Virus record (IMG/VR): IMGVR_UViG_3300049982_000266
Source: an uncultured virus (IMG/VR IMGVR_UViG_3300049982_000266)
Taxonomy: Duplodnaviria; Heunggongvirae; Uroviricota; Caudoviricetes
Length of the DNA stretch: 20,000 bases
Reading direction: 5' to 3' (one strand)
Below, in pieces: positions 8,676 through 15,942 of the stretch (its first letter is position 1; each line of letters opens with the position of its first letter). Made by a program: the position numbers and the translations under genes. The notes under the pieces are model-generated. The model searched no databases and was not told where the DNA came from. It was given only the letters and a program-made list of their open reading frames with translations.

Positions 8676-10048
8676 GCCGTCGGCTCCTCGCTGCTCGGGT
8701 ACGGACCGTCGACCTCGCCCATGACGGCGACCTCGGCGGCGTGCTGCTGTGCCTTCGCGAGAGCGGCGGCTGCCCGCTCGCGCTTCTCGCGCTCGGCCTT
8801 CGGGATCGGCCGGATCGCGATGCTGCCCTGCGTGCCCTCCCGCTGCGGCTTGTGGAGTTCCTTCAGCGGACCGCGCAGCCCGTCGGGAGTCAGCGCCCAC
8901 TCGACGACGGCGCGCTCCCACGCCTCCTCGTCGAGCACCGCGCGGGGCTTGTCGCGGCCGTAGCGGATGCCCTCGTACTCGCCGAAGGCGATGCCGTCCA
9001 CGAGCGCGGCGGCGGCCTTCTGGCCCTTGTCGGCGGCACCCTTCGCCGAGCGGTGCTCCATGTAGTCCCGCAGCACTGCGGCGATGCGCTGCTCGTCCGG
9101 CGTCGAGCCGAGCAGCGTCCAGGACTCCGGGCTGCGCCCGTGTCGCTCGGCCTGCGGCACGTTCCAGCAGTAGTCGCGGGCGAAGCAGTAGCGCGCGCAG
9201 ATCGGGCTCAGCGCCGGGCCGGGCTCGTCGCGCGGCTGCTCGATCCCGAGGTCGATCTGCGTCGCGAGCGTGATGAGGTCGTCGACCGCGCGCTCGGCGT
9301 ACTCCAGGTTCCAGGGGCGCTCGAAGACGACGTCGCGGCCGTCGGCGCGCTGCACGTAGACGATGCGCACGACGCGGACGTAGGCACCCTCGCGGTGCTT
9401 CGACAGGGCGTAGGTGAACGCCTGCTTCCACTCGCTCTCGGGCGGGCCGTCGTCGGTGATGACCGACCACTTGTAGTCGCCCGCCGTCTTCAGGTCGTCG
9501 AGCGAGCCCATGATCGGGTCGTACTCGTCGAAGCGGCTCTCGCCGATGCCCTCGATCTTCACGGGCTGCTCGAACTCGCGCCACGGGTACAGCCGCTTGC
9601 GCAGGGCGGCGACGGAGTCGTGGATCAACTGGCCCATGTACGCGGCGCGCTTGTCGGTCCACGAGGCGTAGAAGTCCTCCGGCGGGCGCTCGCGGTACTG
9701 CACCTGGCGGCGGCACGCGCTGTGGTCGCTGGCGCTGACCTTCACGTCGCCGAACTCGCTGGCGCGGGCGGCGCGCCCGGCCTGGTTCTCGGCGTCCTGC
9801 TGGCGCAGGTCGTCACCGAGGGTGTTGCGGTGCCCGGCGATCGCCTGCTCGACGAGCAGGTCGACGAGGTCGCGCCGGTAGCGGCGGCAGCCGGTGCGCT
9901 TGCACGCGCCCTGCTGCTGCGGCCCGGCGTGCTCGTGACGGCCCGCGCCGCACACGCACGGCTCGGTGGACGGGCCGTACATCGGCGGCCGGGAGAGGAT
10001 GATCTTGACGCGCTCGCGCGCCTCGTCGATCGGCAGACGGGTGGGCAC
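8672..10048 (-). CDS. Cas4-like / PD-(D/E)XK exonuclease with Fe-S staple (RecE-equivalent)
   Basis: SASDHSACRR, GQLIHD, D...DLKT, QAFTYA motifs and C-terminal CARYCFARDYC. Extra N-terminal Cys/His cluster. Confidence 0.85.
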   Translation of the reverse strand: MPTRLPIDEARERVKIILSRPPMYGPSTEPCVCGAGRHEHAGPQQQGACKRTGCRRYRRDLVDLLVEQAIAGHRNTLGDDLRQQDAENQAGRAARASEFGDVKVSASDHSACRRQVQYRERPPEDFYASWTDKRAAYMGQLIHDSVAALRKRLYPWREFEQPVKIEGIGESRFDEYDPIMGSLDDLKTAGDYKWSVITDDGPPESEWKQAFTYALSKHREGAYVRVVRIVYVQRADGRDVVFERPWNLEYAERAVDDLITLATQIDLGIEQPRDEPGPALSPICARYCFARDYCWNVPQAERHGRSPESWTLLGSTPDEQRIAAVLRDYMEHRSAKGAADKGQKAAAALVDGIAFGEYEGIRYGRDKPRAVLDEEAWERAVVEWALTPDGLRGPLKELHKPQREGTQGSIAIRPIPKAEREKRERAAAALAKAQQHAAEVAVMGEVDGPYPSSEEPTA

Positions 10049-10074
10049 TGGACTCGCTTCCTGTGGGGATGGCG

Positions 10075-10119
10075 CCGGTCGCTCACCGGCGAGAGGGACA
10101 GTAGCCGGGGGGTCCGACA
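10075..10119 (-). promoter_or_regulatory. PafBC/RecA-NDp-type promoter plus conserved leader hairpin
   Basis: TGTCGG(10119-10114)-N10-TACTGT(10103-10098), followed by CCGGTGAGCGACCGG (10089-10075). Confidence 0.75.
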
Positions 10120-10131
10120 GACCCCCCGGCT
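10103..10131 (-). terminator. GC-rich hairpin after the helicase stop, overlapping the PafBC-type promoter
   Basis: Perfect 12-bp stem AGCCGGGGGGTC / GACCCCCCGGCT with a 5-nt loop, 5 nt past the stop. No U-tract. Confidence 0.55.
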
Positions 10132-10136
10132 CGGGC

Positions 10137-11867
10137 TCAGCCGACCATCACCGGCCCGGTGTGCACCTGCACCGAGCCGACGAGGAAGCCGCGCTCGGCG
10201 GCGTAGGAGACGGCCGCCTCGCGCATCGTGAAGTACGGGCCGGTCGGCTTGCGGGTGGCCGGGTCGACCGCGACGTGCTTCGTCTCGACGAAGCCCTCGG
10301 TCACGGCGACCGGCTCGGCGACCGGCTCGGCGACCGGCTCGGCGACCGGCTCGGCCGGAGCGACCGGCTGGACGACCGGGAGGTCGCCCTGCTCGTCGAG
10401 GTAGGACGCGAGCGTGCCGACGTCCAGCCGGACCTTCGCGCGGGTCACCGCGACGTAGGCGAGCATGAGGTCCGCCGGGCTGATCTTGTCGGACTCCAGC
10501 GCGAAGTCGGCGATGCGCACGGCGTCCCACTCGCGGCCCTTGCTCTTGTGCGCGGTGGAGATGACGACGTCGGCGTACTTCTCGTCCGACGCGCTCTTCA
10601 GCACGCCGAGGAGCGTCTGCGCGCCGCGCTCGTCGATCAACTTGACCATCGTCGCGAGGTCTCCGGTGGTCTCCTCCTCGGAGACGTACTGCTGCACCAT
10701 CTTCCAGTCGACGAAGGCGGCCAGGTCAGCGTGCTGCGTGCCCTTGCCCGCCATGAGGTCCAGGGCCGCCTCACAGAACTTCACGCTCTCGGTCGTGCCG
10801 CCGACGAGCGCGGCCTTGCGACCCCGCTGCTGCTCGGCCAGCAGGGCGGCCAGGCACCCGGCGTTCGTGCGGCACAGGATCGCGTCGCTGTCCTGAGCGC
10901 CGGGGACGTCGAGGGCGACCCGGACGCTCGGGACCTTGTCGAAGCCCTCCAGGCGCAGCGGCGCGTCGAGCACGTTGAGGAAGACGTTGGCCGTCTCGGC
11001 GACGGCCGGGCCGAAGCGGAAGGACTGCGAAAGCGTGCGGACCATCGTGCCGCGAGCGGCGAACTTCGCCATCGCGTCGACCGCGCCGGTGAAGCCGTAG
11101 ATCGCCTGCGCACTGTCGCCGACGAGGATGACCTGGAGGTGCCTCTGCTGCTCGACGACGGCGGCGATGACCGGGTTCGCGTCCTGCGCCTCGTCGAAGA
11201 GGAGCACGTCGCCGTCGATCTTCGGCGAGGACAACTGCCACATCTTCAGGTAGTGGTCGTGCGTGAAGCGGACGAAGCCGGTCTCGCCCTGGAGGTCGGC
11301 CCACACGCGCTGAGCGTGCGGCAGGAGCGCCTTCGCGATCTCCTGGTTGATCGGGCCACGGACGGCACCGCCGCGCGGGCCGGGGGCGTCCAGACCCTCG
11401 ATCGCCGGGAAGTGATGCGTGCCGATCTCGGTGTCGGCCGAGCGGCAGAAGCCAGCGACACCGGCGAGCACGTGGCGAGCGAGCGTGACGTTGCTCAGCA
11501 TCCGGTGCTGGTCGCCGAAGCCCTTGACCGTCATCGGCGACAGGCGCAGCCACTTCGCGACCTCGGACGGCCACTGGCGGTTCGCGCGGAGCCGGGCGGC
11601 GTAGCGCTTGCCGACGGCCTGGAAGGCGAGGGAGTGGGCGGTGCCCGCGCGGACGTTCACCGGGAACGAGCCCTTCGCCTCGTCGGCGATCGCGCGGTTG
11701 AAGGCGACGTAGGTGAAGCGCTTGCTCGGGGCGGCCTCGGCCAGCAGCCGGAGCGTCGAGGTCTTGCCGGTGCCCGCGCCCGCCTGGATGACGAGGTTGT
11801 CGCCGGTGAGGAAGGCGTCGCGGATCGCGGCCTGCTCGGCAGTGGGGGCGAAGGTCGTGGCGGTCAT
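10137..11867 (-). CDS. UvrD/REP-like superfamily 1 DNA helicase (FBH1-like architecture), about 576 aa
   Basis: PTAEQ, AGAGTGKT, VAFNR, TAHSLA, DEAQD, VGDSAQAIYGFTGA, LSQSFRFG, LCRTN, STAHKSKGREW and YVAVTRAK motifs. Likely ATG at 11867 with CAGGAG RBS. Confidence 0.93.
   Translation of the reverse strand: MTATTFAPTAEQAAIRDAFLTGDNLVIQAGAGTGKTSTLRLLAEAAPSKRFTYVAFNRAIADEAKGSFPVNVRAGTAHSLAFQAVGKRYAARLRANRQWPSEVAKWLRLSPMTVKGFGDQHRMLSNVTLARHVLAGVAGFCRSADTEIGTHHFPAIEGLDAPGPRGGAVRGPINQEIAKALLPHAQRVWADLQGETGFVRFTHDHYLKMWQLSSPKIDGDVLLFDEAQDANPVIAAVVEQQRHLQVILVGDSAQAIYGFTGAVDAMAKFAARGTMVRTLSQSFRFGPAVAETANVFLNVLDAPLRLEGFDKVPSVRVALDVPGAQDSDAILCRTNAGCLAALLAEQQRGRKAALVGGTTESVKFCEAALDLMAGKGTQHADLAAFVDWKMVQQYVSEEETTGDLATMVKLIDERGAQTLLGVLKSASDEKYADVVISTAHKSKGREWDAVRIADFALESDKISPADLMLAYVAVTRAKVRLDVGTLASYLDEQGDLPVVQPVAPAEPVAEPVAEPVAEPVAVTEGFVETKHVAVDPATRKPTGPYFTMREAAVSYAAERGFLVGSVQVHTGPVMVG
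10305..10352. repeat. 12-bp tandem repeat x4 (GGCGACCGGCTC) encoding an EPVA linker
   Basis: Four exact copies read directly from the sequence. Confidence 0.9.
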
Positions 11868-11894
11868 CTCGTGCTCCTGGTCTGTCGGTGTGGG

Positions 11895-11928
11895 CCGGTC
11901 GCTCACCGGTTGAGAGAACCATAGCACA
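11895..11928 (-). promoter_or_regulatory. Extended -10 promoter plus conserved leader hairpin for the helicase
   Basis: TGC-TATGGT (hexamer 11918-11923), then CCGGTGAGCGACCGG (11909-11895). Confidence 0.65.
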
Positions 11929-12025
11929 GCCGTACCTCGGCTTAGCGACTTCCGGCCGGAAAGATGCCGAAGAGCCGGGCTCGGCGTCGCCTTCCCCTTG
12001 CGACATGAGCCCGGCTCCCCAGTGC

Positions 12026-12047
12026 ACCGGCCCCCGCGAGGGCCGGT
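12026..12047 (-). terminator. Hairpin after the RecT-like gene
   Basis: ACCGGCCC-N6-GGGCCGGT, 4 nt after the stop. No U-tract. Confidence 0.45.
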
Positions 12048-12051
12048 CGAT

Positions 12052-13647
12052 CTACCTCGGGAGGGCGTCCCCGAGCATGGCGCGCACGTCAGCGACGACG
12101 CTCGTGCCGAGCATGTCGTACGCCTGCGCCGCGCCGGTCTTGCCGCTCCCGCCGAGCCGGTCGACGGCGCTCTTGCGGTACTGCGCGACGAAGCGCAGTG
12201 CCTCCTCGGCCGTCCAGTCCTTCACTTCGCGCTTCAGGTGCGCGCGCTGACGCTGCGTCATCTTCGAGACCGTCGTGCCGTGGATCGTCGCCAGGACGTC
12301 GATCTCGTCGAGCAGCCACGTCCGGCCCTGCTCCGGGTCGACGGGCGGCGGACCGGCCGGGTCGTCGGCGGGCACGAGCGGGCTGGAGTTGACCGGGTCG
12401 TCGGAGCGGGGCTCCTCCGGGGCGCTCTCCGGCTCGCTGGCGGGCTCGGGGACCACCTCGGCCTCGACGGTGCCGTCCTCGTGCTCCGCGCCGGGAGCGG
12501 CCTCCTGAGCGGCCTCGACGGGCTGCTCGGCGGCGGGCGCCTCAGGTGCGGCCGGAGCCTGCTCCTCGGTGAACGGCTGCCCGCTCTGGACGGCGCCAGC
12601 GGCGGCGCGCAGGAAGGCGTCGAGGTTGGTCTCCTCGCCCTTCAGCCCGCGCACCGGCGTGATGACGCGGCGCTCCGGCGGGCCGGTCTCCTCCCACGCC
12701 GCAAGGATGACCTGGCGACGGGCGGCGGGGTCGGCGCTCTCAGTGAAGGCGGCGAGCACGATCTTGCGGATCTGCTCGGCCTTCGCCGGGAGGAACGGCT
12801 GCGGGGGCTCCGGCGCGGCGGCGGGCTGCGACAGGGTCTCGACGACCTCGCCGTCGATCACGGAGCCGTCCTCGTCGACCAGCGCGCCCAACTCCTCGGC
12901 GGTGTAGTGCGCACCGGCCAGCACCTCCTCAGCGCCTTCACGGACGACTTCCGAGATCGCGCGGGCCTTCGCCATCGCCTCCGGGTAGGTCTCCCAGTTG
13001 CCGGGCTTGTCGTTGCGGGTGCGGGCGCGCACGGTCCACTTGCCGTCGGAGCCCTGCTGGTAGGAGTCGACGAGCCCGGCGCGCACAGCGCGGTCGATCG
13101 TCCAGGTCGCCTCGAAGGTCCAGTCGGGGTCGTCGCTGCGGATGAGGTACGCGGTCGCCTTCAGGTCGCCGCCCTCGACCGAGCCCTCGACCTTCATGCG
13201 CATCTTGTGGCCCGCCCGGCGCACGAGCGCCGACATGAGCGCGGCCGACGCCGTCGGCTTGCCGTCGATCACGTGGATGCCGGTGATCGCGGCCATCGGC
13301 GCGATGCCCAGCATGAGCCCGTACTCGACGGCGTAGAGCACGTTCGCCGGGGCGCCCCGGTACTGCGACGGGAGCAGGTTCGCGTTCGCCAGTTCGCGGG
13401 CGTAGCGGATGCGGGCGTTGAGGCTGAGGTTCGGGCTCGACATGGTCGGCATGAGGGCGCTGCCGGGCGTCACCTCGTCGGCCTTCGGCTCGAAGCCCGC
13501 GTTCGCAGTGCGACCGCCGGTCGAGATCGTGCCGTCGGAGATGGTGCTGCCGATGATCTGGCCCTCGGCGATGCGGTCGGTGGGCGTGCCGTTCGCAGGG
13601 TGGTCAGCGCCGGGTGCGGGCGCCTGGTCGGTCGGGACGTCGGTCAC
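12052..13647 (-). CDS. RecT/Redbeta-like single-strand annealing protein with long C-terminal extension
   Basis: LLPSQYRGAPANVLYAVEYG..LGIAPMAAITGIHVIDGKP...WTIDRAVRAGL...WETYPEAMAKARA...YTAEELG...IDGEVVE resembles actinophage RecT-like proteins. Clustered with an exonuclease and a helicase. Confidence 0.8.
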   Translation of the reverse strand: MTDVPTDQAPAPGADHPANGTPTDRIAEGQIIGSTISDGTISTGGRTANAGFEPKADEVTPGSALMPTMSSPNLSLNARIRYARELANANLLPSQYRGAPANVLYAVEYGLMLGIAPMAAITGIHVIDGKPTASAALMSALVRRAGHKMRMKVEGSVEGGDLKATAYLIRSDDPDWTFEATWTIDRAVRAGLVDSYQQGSDGKWTVRARTRNDKPGNWETYPEAMAKARAISEVVREGAEEVLAGAHYTAEELGALVDEDGSVIDGEVVETLSQPAAAPEPPQPFLPAKAEQIRKIVLAAFTESADPAARRQVILAAWEETGPPERRVITPVRGLKGEETNLDAFLRAAAGAVQSGQPFTEEQAPAAPEAPAAEQPVEAAQEAAPGAEHEDGTVEAEVVPEPASEPESAPEEPRSDDPVNSSPLVPADDPAGPPPVDPEQGRTWLLDEIDVLATIHGTTVSKMTQRQRAHLKREVKDWTAEEALRFVAQYRKSAVDRLGGSGKTGAAQAYDMLGTSVVADVRAMLGDALPR

Positions 13648-13670
13648 TGCTGCTCGCTTCCTATGGGGTG

Positions 13671-13719
13671 CCGGTCGCTCACCGGCTGAGGTGGATCACG
13701 CTACGCGCGGGGTCTGACA
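13671..13719 (-). promoter_or_regulatory. PafBC/RecA-NDp-type promoter plus conserved leader hairpin
   Basis: TGTCAG(13719-13714)-N10-TAGCGT(13703-13698), followed by CCGGTGAGCGACCGG (13685-13671). Confidence 0.75.
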
Positions 13720-13726
13720 GAACGGT

Positions 13727-14032
13727 TCAGCGGCTACACCGCCCCTCGTGCCCAGCGGGCTTGCGCGGGCCAGGCTCGCCCTCGGGGTCGCCGAGCCCGC
13801 AGGTGGTGCACAGGGCGCGCTCACGGGCGCTGTGGGCCAGCATCTCGACGACGATGCGCCAGGTCGCGTCGGACGCCTTGCGCGTCCCGGCCGCCTGCTC
13901 GACGACCTTGCGCTCGGTCCGGCCGAAGTGGGCCACGGCCACGACGGTGTCGCCGCGCTCGCGCAGCACGTGCGCGAGACGGCCCGCCTTGACGCGGCGG
14001 CTCTCGGCCGCGCGCTCCTCCCATGACTCCAC
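13727..14032 (-). CDS. Hypothetical protein, about 101 aa, with C-terminal CxxC...H...C
   Basis: Lies within ORF 13727..14068. Probable leaderless GTG at 14032, 6 nt after TACGGT (14039-14044). Confidence 0.6.
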   Translation of the reverse strand: MESWEERAAESRRVKAGRLAHVLRERGDTVVAVAHFGRTERKVVEQAAGTRKASDATWRIVVEMLAHSARERALCTTCGLGDPEGEPGPRKPAGHEGRCSR

Positions 14033-14092
14033 GGCGACACCGTACACCCGCTTCGCCTCACAGTGCACAGCGCGGTACGCGCGTGTCGCAGA

Positions 14093-14128
14093 CGACGGCC
14101 CCGCGAGCCGAAGCGCGCGGGGCCGTCG
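14093..14128 (-). terminator. Strong hairpin after the secreted-protein gene
   Basis: 13-bp perfect stem CGACGGCCCCGCG / CGCGGGGCCGTCG with a 10-nt loop. Confidence 0.6.
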
Positions 14129-14140
14129 GGACGAGCGGGT

Positions 14141-15670
14141 CTAGCAGGCGGTGCCCGCGTACGGGATGCCGCCGAGGTTGCGCTGGTGACCGCTCGGCTT
14201 CGCGAACTGGTTGACGCCGAGCACGAAGTAGGTCTGCACGAACTTGACCATCGCGTCGAGGTTCGCTCCGTAGTCGCCGAGGGCGACCTGCCCCTGCTCG
14301 TTCGTGCCGAACGAGCCGTCGAGCGCCTGCTGCTGCTCGACCTTCGTGCGCTGCGCCGTCACGATCGCCTTAGCCCGGACGGCAGCGGTGCCGCCGGAGG
14401 GCAGGACGAGCGCGGCCGTCAGCGTGTTCGTGAACTCGGCCGGGCCAGCCGGACGGGTCAGGCGCCCGCCGTTGTCGCTGTCGCCGTCCGGGTAGTAGAC
14501 GTCGCCGTTCTGCCGGTAGGGCGTGCCGTCGGCGCTGCCGCCGAGGGCGTTGTAGGCGCGCTCCACGCCGTAGAGGGTCATCGGCGAGTGCTGCGTGCGC
14601 ACGGCACCGTTGAGCGCCCACGAGGCGTACTGGTGCGGCGTGCGGGTGTAGACCGGGCTGCGGACGTCGTGGTTGCGCACGATGCCGCTGGTCTCGTTGT
14701 TGGAGCCCTTCAGCCACTTGCAGAACGGCACGCCGTTGTAGAGCACCTGCTTCGAGTAGTCGGCCGTGGTCGCGAAGGCGTGGGCGCCCATCGCGGCCTG
14801 GAAGCGCTCGTAGTGGTCGACGTTTGCGGCGTACGCGGTGCCCGGCAGCATCCGGACCGCGACGTTGAGCAGGCGCTCGTGCCACGCCAACTCCTCGGCG
14901 GCCGAGTTCTCCTGCTCGCCGTTGTTGACCACGTTGTTGCCACGGTTCGGCATGACCGCCTGCTGGAGATCCCTGTACCACGCGAGGTCACCGAGACCGC
15001 GCTCCTGAGGGGCAGCGGCCTTGCACACGCCGTTCGGGCAAGGGGTGCGGTCGAGCCCGGTCGTCCAGTGAGCGACGAGCCGGACGGTACGCAGCACCTT
15101 GTCCTGGATGAGCGGGGTGAGGGCGGGCCAGATCGCCCACGCCGCCTCGGCGATCTGCGCCGTGGTCAGCGTCCAGTCCGGCACGGCACAGTCGGCGTGC
15201 GGCGGGACGCCGATCGAGGCGTTGCCACCGGCTGCGGTGTACGGGTACGGGTCGCACGCGAGGCGCGCGTCGTCACCGGCCAGCAGGGCGGTCGTGAACT
15301 TGTCGATCGCCGTGACGGCCTGTGCCTGCCAGGCGCCGTTGACGCTGGTGCCGCCGACGACGCTCGGCATGACCGAGGCGTAGGCGAGCACGAGCGCGAG
15401 GTCGGAGACCCGGCGGCCGTTGCCGTTGAGCGGGCCAGGCAGCGTCGAGCCGGAGCCCGCCGTGATGACCGGCATGAGCCGGGTCGCCATCGCCTGAAGA
15501 GCGATGACCTCCTGCGCGAGCACCGAGTCGGTCGGGGCGGGCGGGGGCGGCGGGACGAAGGGCTGGAGCGTCGGGTCGGCGAGCGCCTGACCGGGGACGA
15601 GCGTGATGCTCAGCGTGGCCGCGAGCAGCGACGCCGTGAGGGTGGCGCCGAGGCGCCTGAGACGGGACAT
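14141..15670 (-). CDS. Secreted protein of unknown function, 509 aa (moron-like cargo)
   Basis: Signal peptide MSRLRRLGATLTASLLAATLSITLVPGQALA, Pro-rich linker, CAGGAG RBS, own -10 (TACGGT 15705-15710) and downstream hairpin. Confidence 0.8.
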   Translation of the reverse strand: MSRLRRLGATLTASLLAATLSITLVPGQALADPTLQPFVPPPPPAPTDSVLAQEVIALQAMATRLMPVITAGSGSTLPGPLNGNGRRVSDLALVLAYASVMPSVVGGTSVNGAWQAQAVTAIDKFTTALLAGDDARLACDPYPYTAAGGNASIGVPPHADCAVPDWTLTTAQIAEAAWAIWPALTPLIQDKVLRTVRLVAHWTTGLDRTPCPNGVCKAAAPQERGLGDLAWYRDLQQAVMPNRGNNVVNNGEQENSAAEELAWHERLLNVAVRMLPGTAYAANVDHYERFQAAMGAHAFATTADYSKQVLYNGVPFCKWLKGSNNETSGIVRNHDVRSPVYTRTPHQYASWALNGAVRTQHSPMTLYGVERAYNALGGSADGTPYRQNGDVYYPDGDSDNGGRLTRPAGPAEFTNTLTAALVLPSGGTAAVRAKAIVTAQRTKVEQQQALDGSFGTNEQGQVALGDYGANLDAMVKFVQTYFVLGVNQFAKPSGHQRNLGGIPYAGTAC

Positions 15671-15725
15671 ACGGATCTCTCTCCTGTGCGGGGGTTGGAG
15701 GAGAACCGTAAGGCTCGATCATGGC

Positions 15726-15895
15726 CTGCGTCGCCGCCGGACACGCCGGGGCAACGCAGCGGGCCGTGGCCCCCACGTGGTCCGGGTCGTTGAGGGAGCG
15801 AACCTCTCGCCGGATCTCGCACCATCCCCGGCCAGGAGGGCTCGCGCCGCTTTGCCGGGGTGATGCTCGGACGTGGGGAACCACGACCCGTTGCG
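15726..15895 (-). ncRNA. Candidate structured non-coding RNA or leader, about 170 nt
   Basis: Long closing stem 15895-15871 / 15778-15755, internal hairpins and a 3' hairpin at 15759-15726. -10-like TACGCT at 15905-15900. No family recognised. Confidence 0.4.
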
Positions 15896-15942
15896 GAAGA
15901 GCGTAGCGCGTTGTGCGCAGCGCGCTACCTCGCAGGGGGCGC

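Noticed and set aside
8676..9716. Long N-terminal fusion to WhiB (442-aa ORF)
   Set aside because: The upstream part is an off-frame overlap of the Cas4-like gene. The ATGA coupling at 8675 gives a normal-sized WhiB.
8672..10048. CRISPR-Cas system suggested by the Cas4-like gene
   Set aside because: No repeat-spacer array and no cas1/cas2 in the window. Solo Cas4-like exonucleases are common in phages.
10305..10352. Tandem repeat as a CRISPR array or origin
   Set aside because: No spacers; it is an in-frame Pro/Glu linker repeat.
11883..11904. Plus-strand TGTCGG as a third PafBC site
   Set aside because: No TAnnnT at the 10-nt spacing, and the orientation is wrong for the genes.
194..13689. 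Long plus-strand ORFs (194..2062, 2107..4503, 9966..11924, 11998..13689 and others)
   Set aside because: Antisense shadows of real minus-strand genes in high-GC DNA. They are Arg/Gly/His-rich and lack recognisable motifs.
15726..15895. Known riboswitch (ZTP, c-di-GMP, c-di-AMP) or tRNA
   Set aside because: The diagnostic conserved nucleotides and a cloverleaf could not be found by eye.
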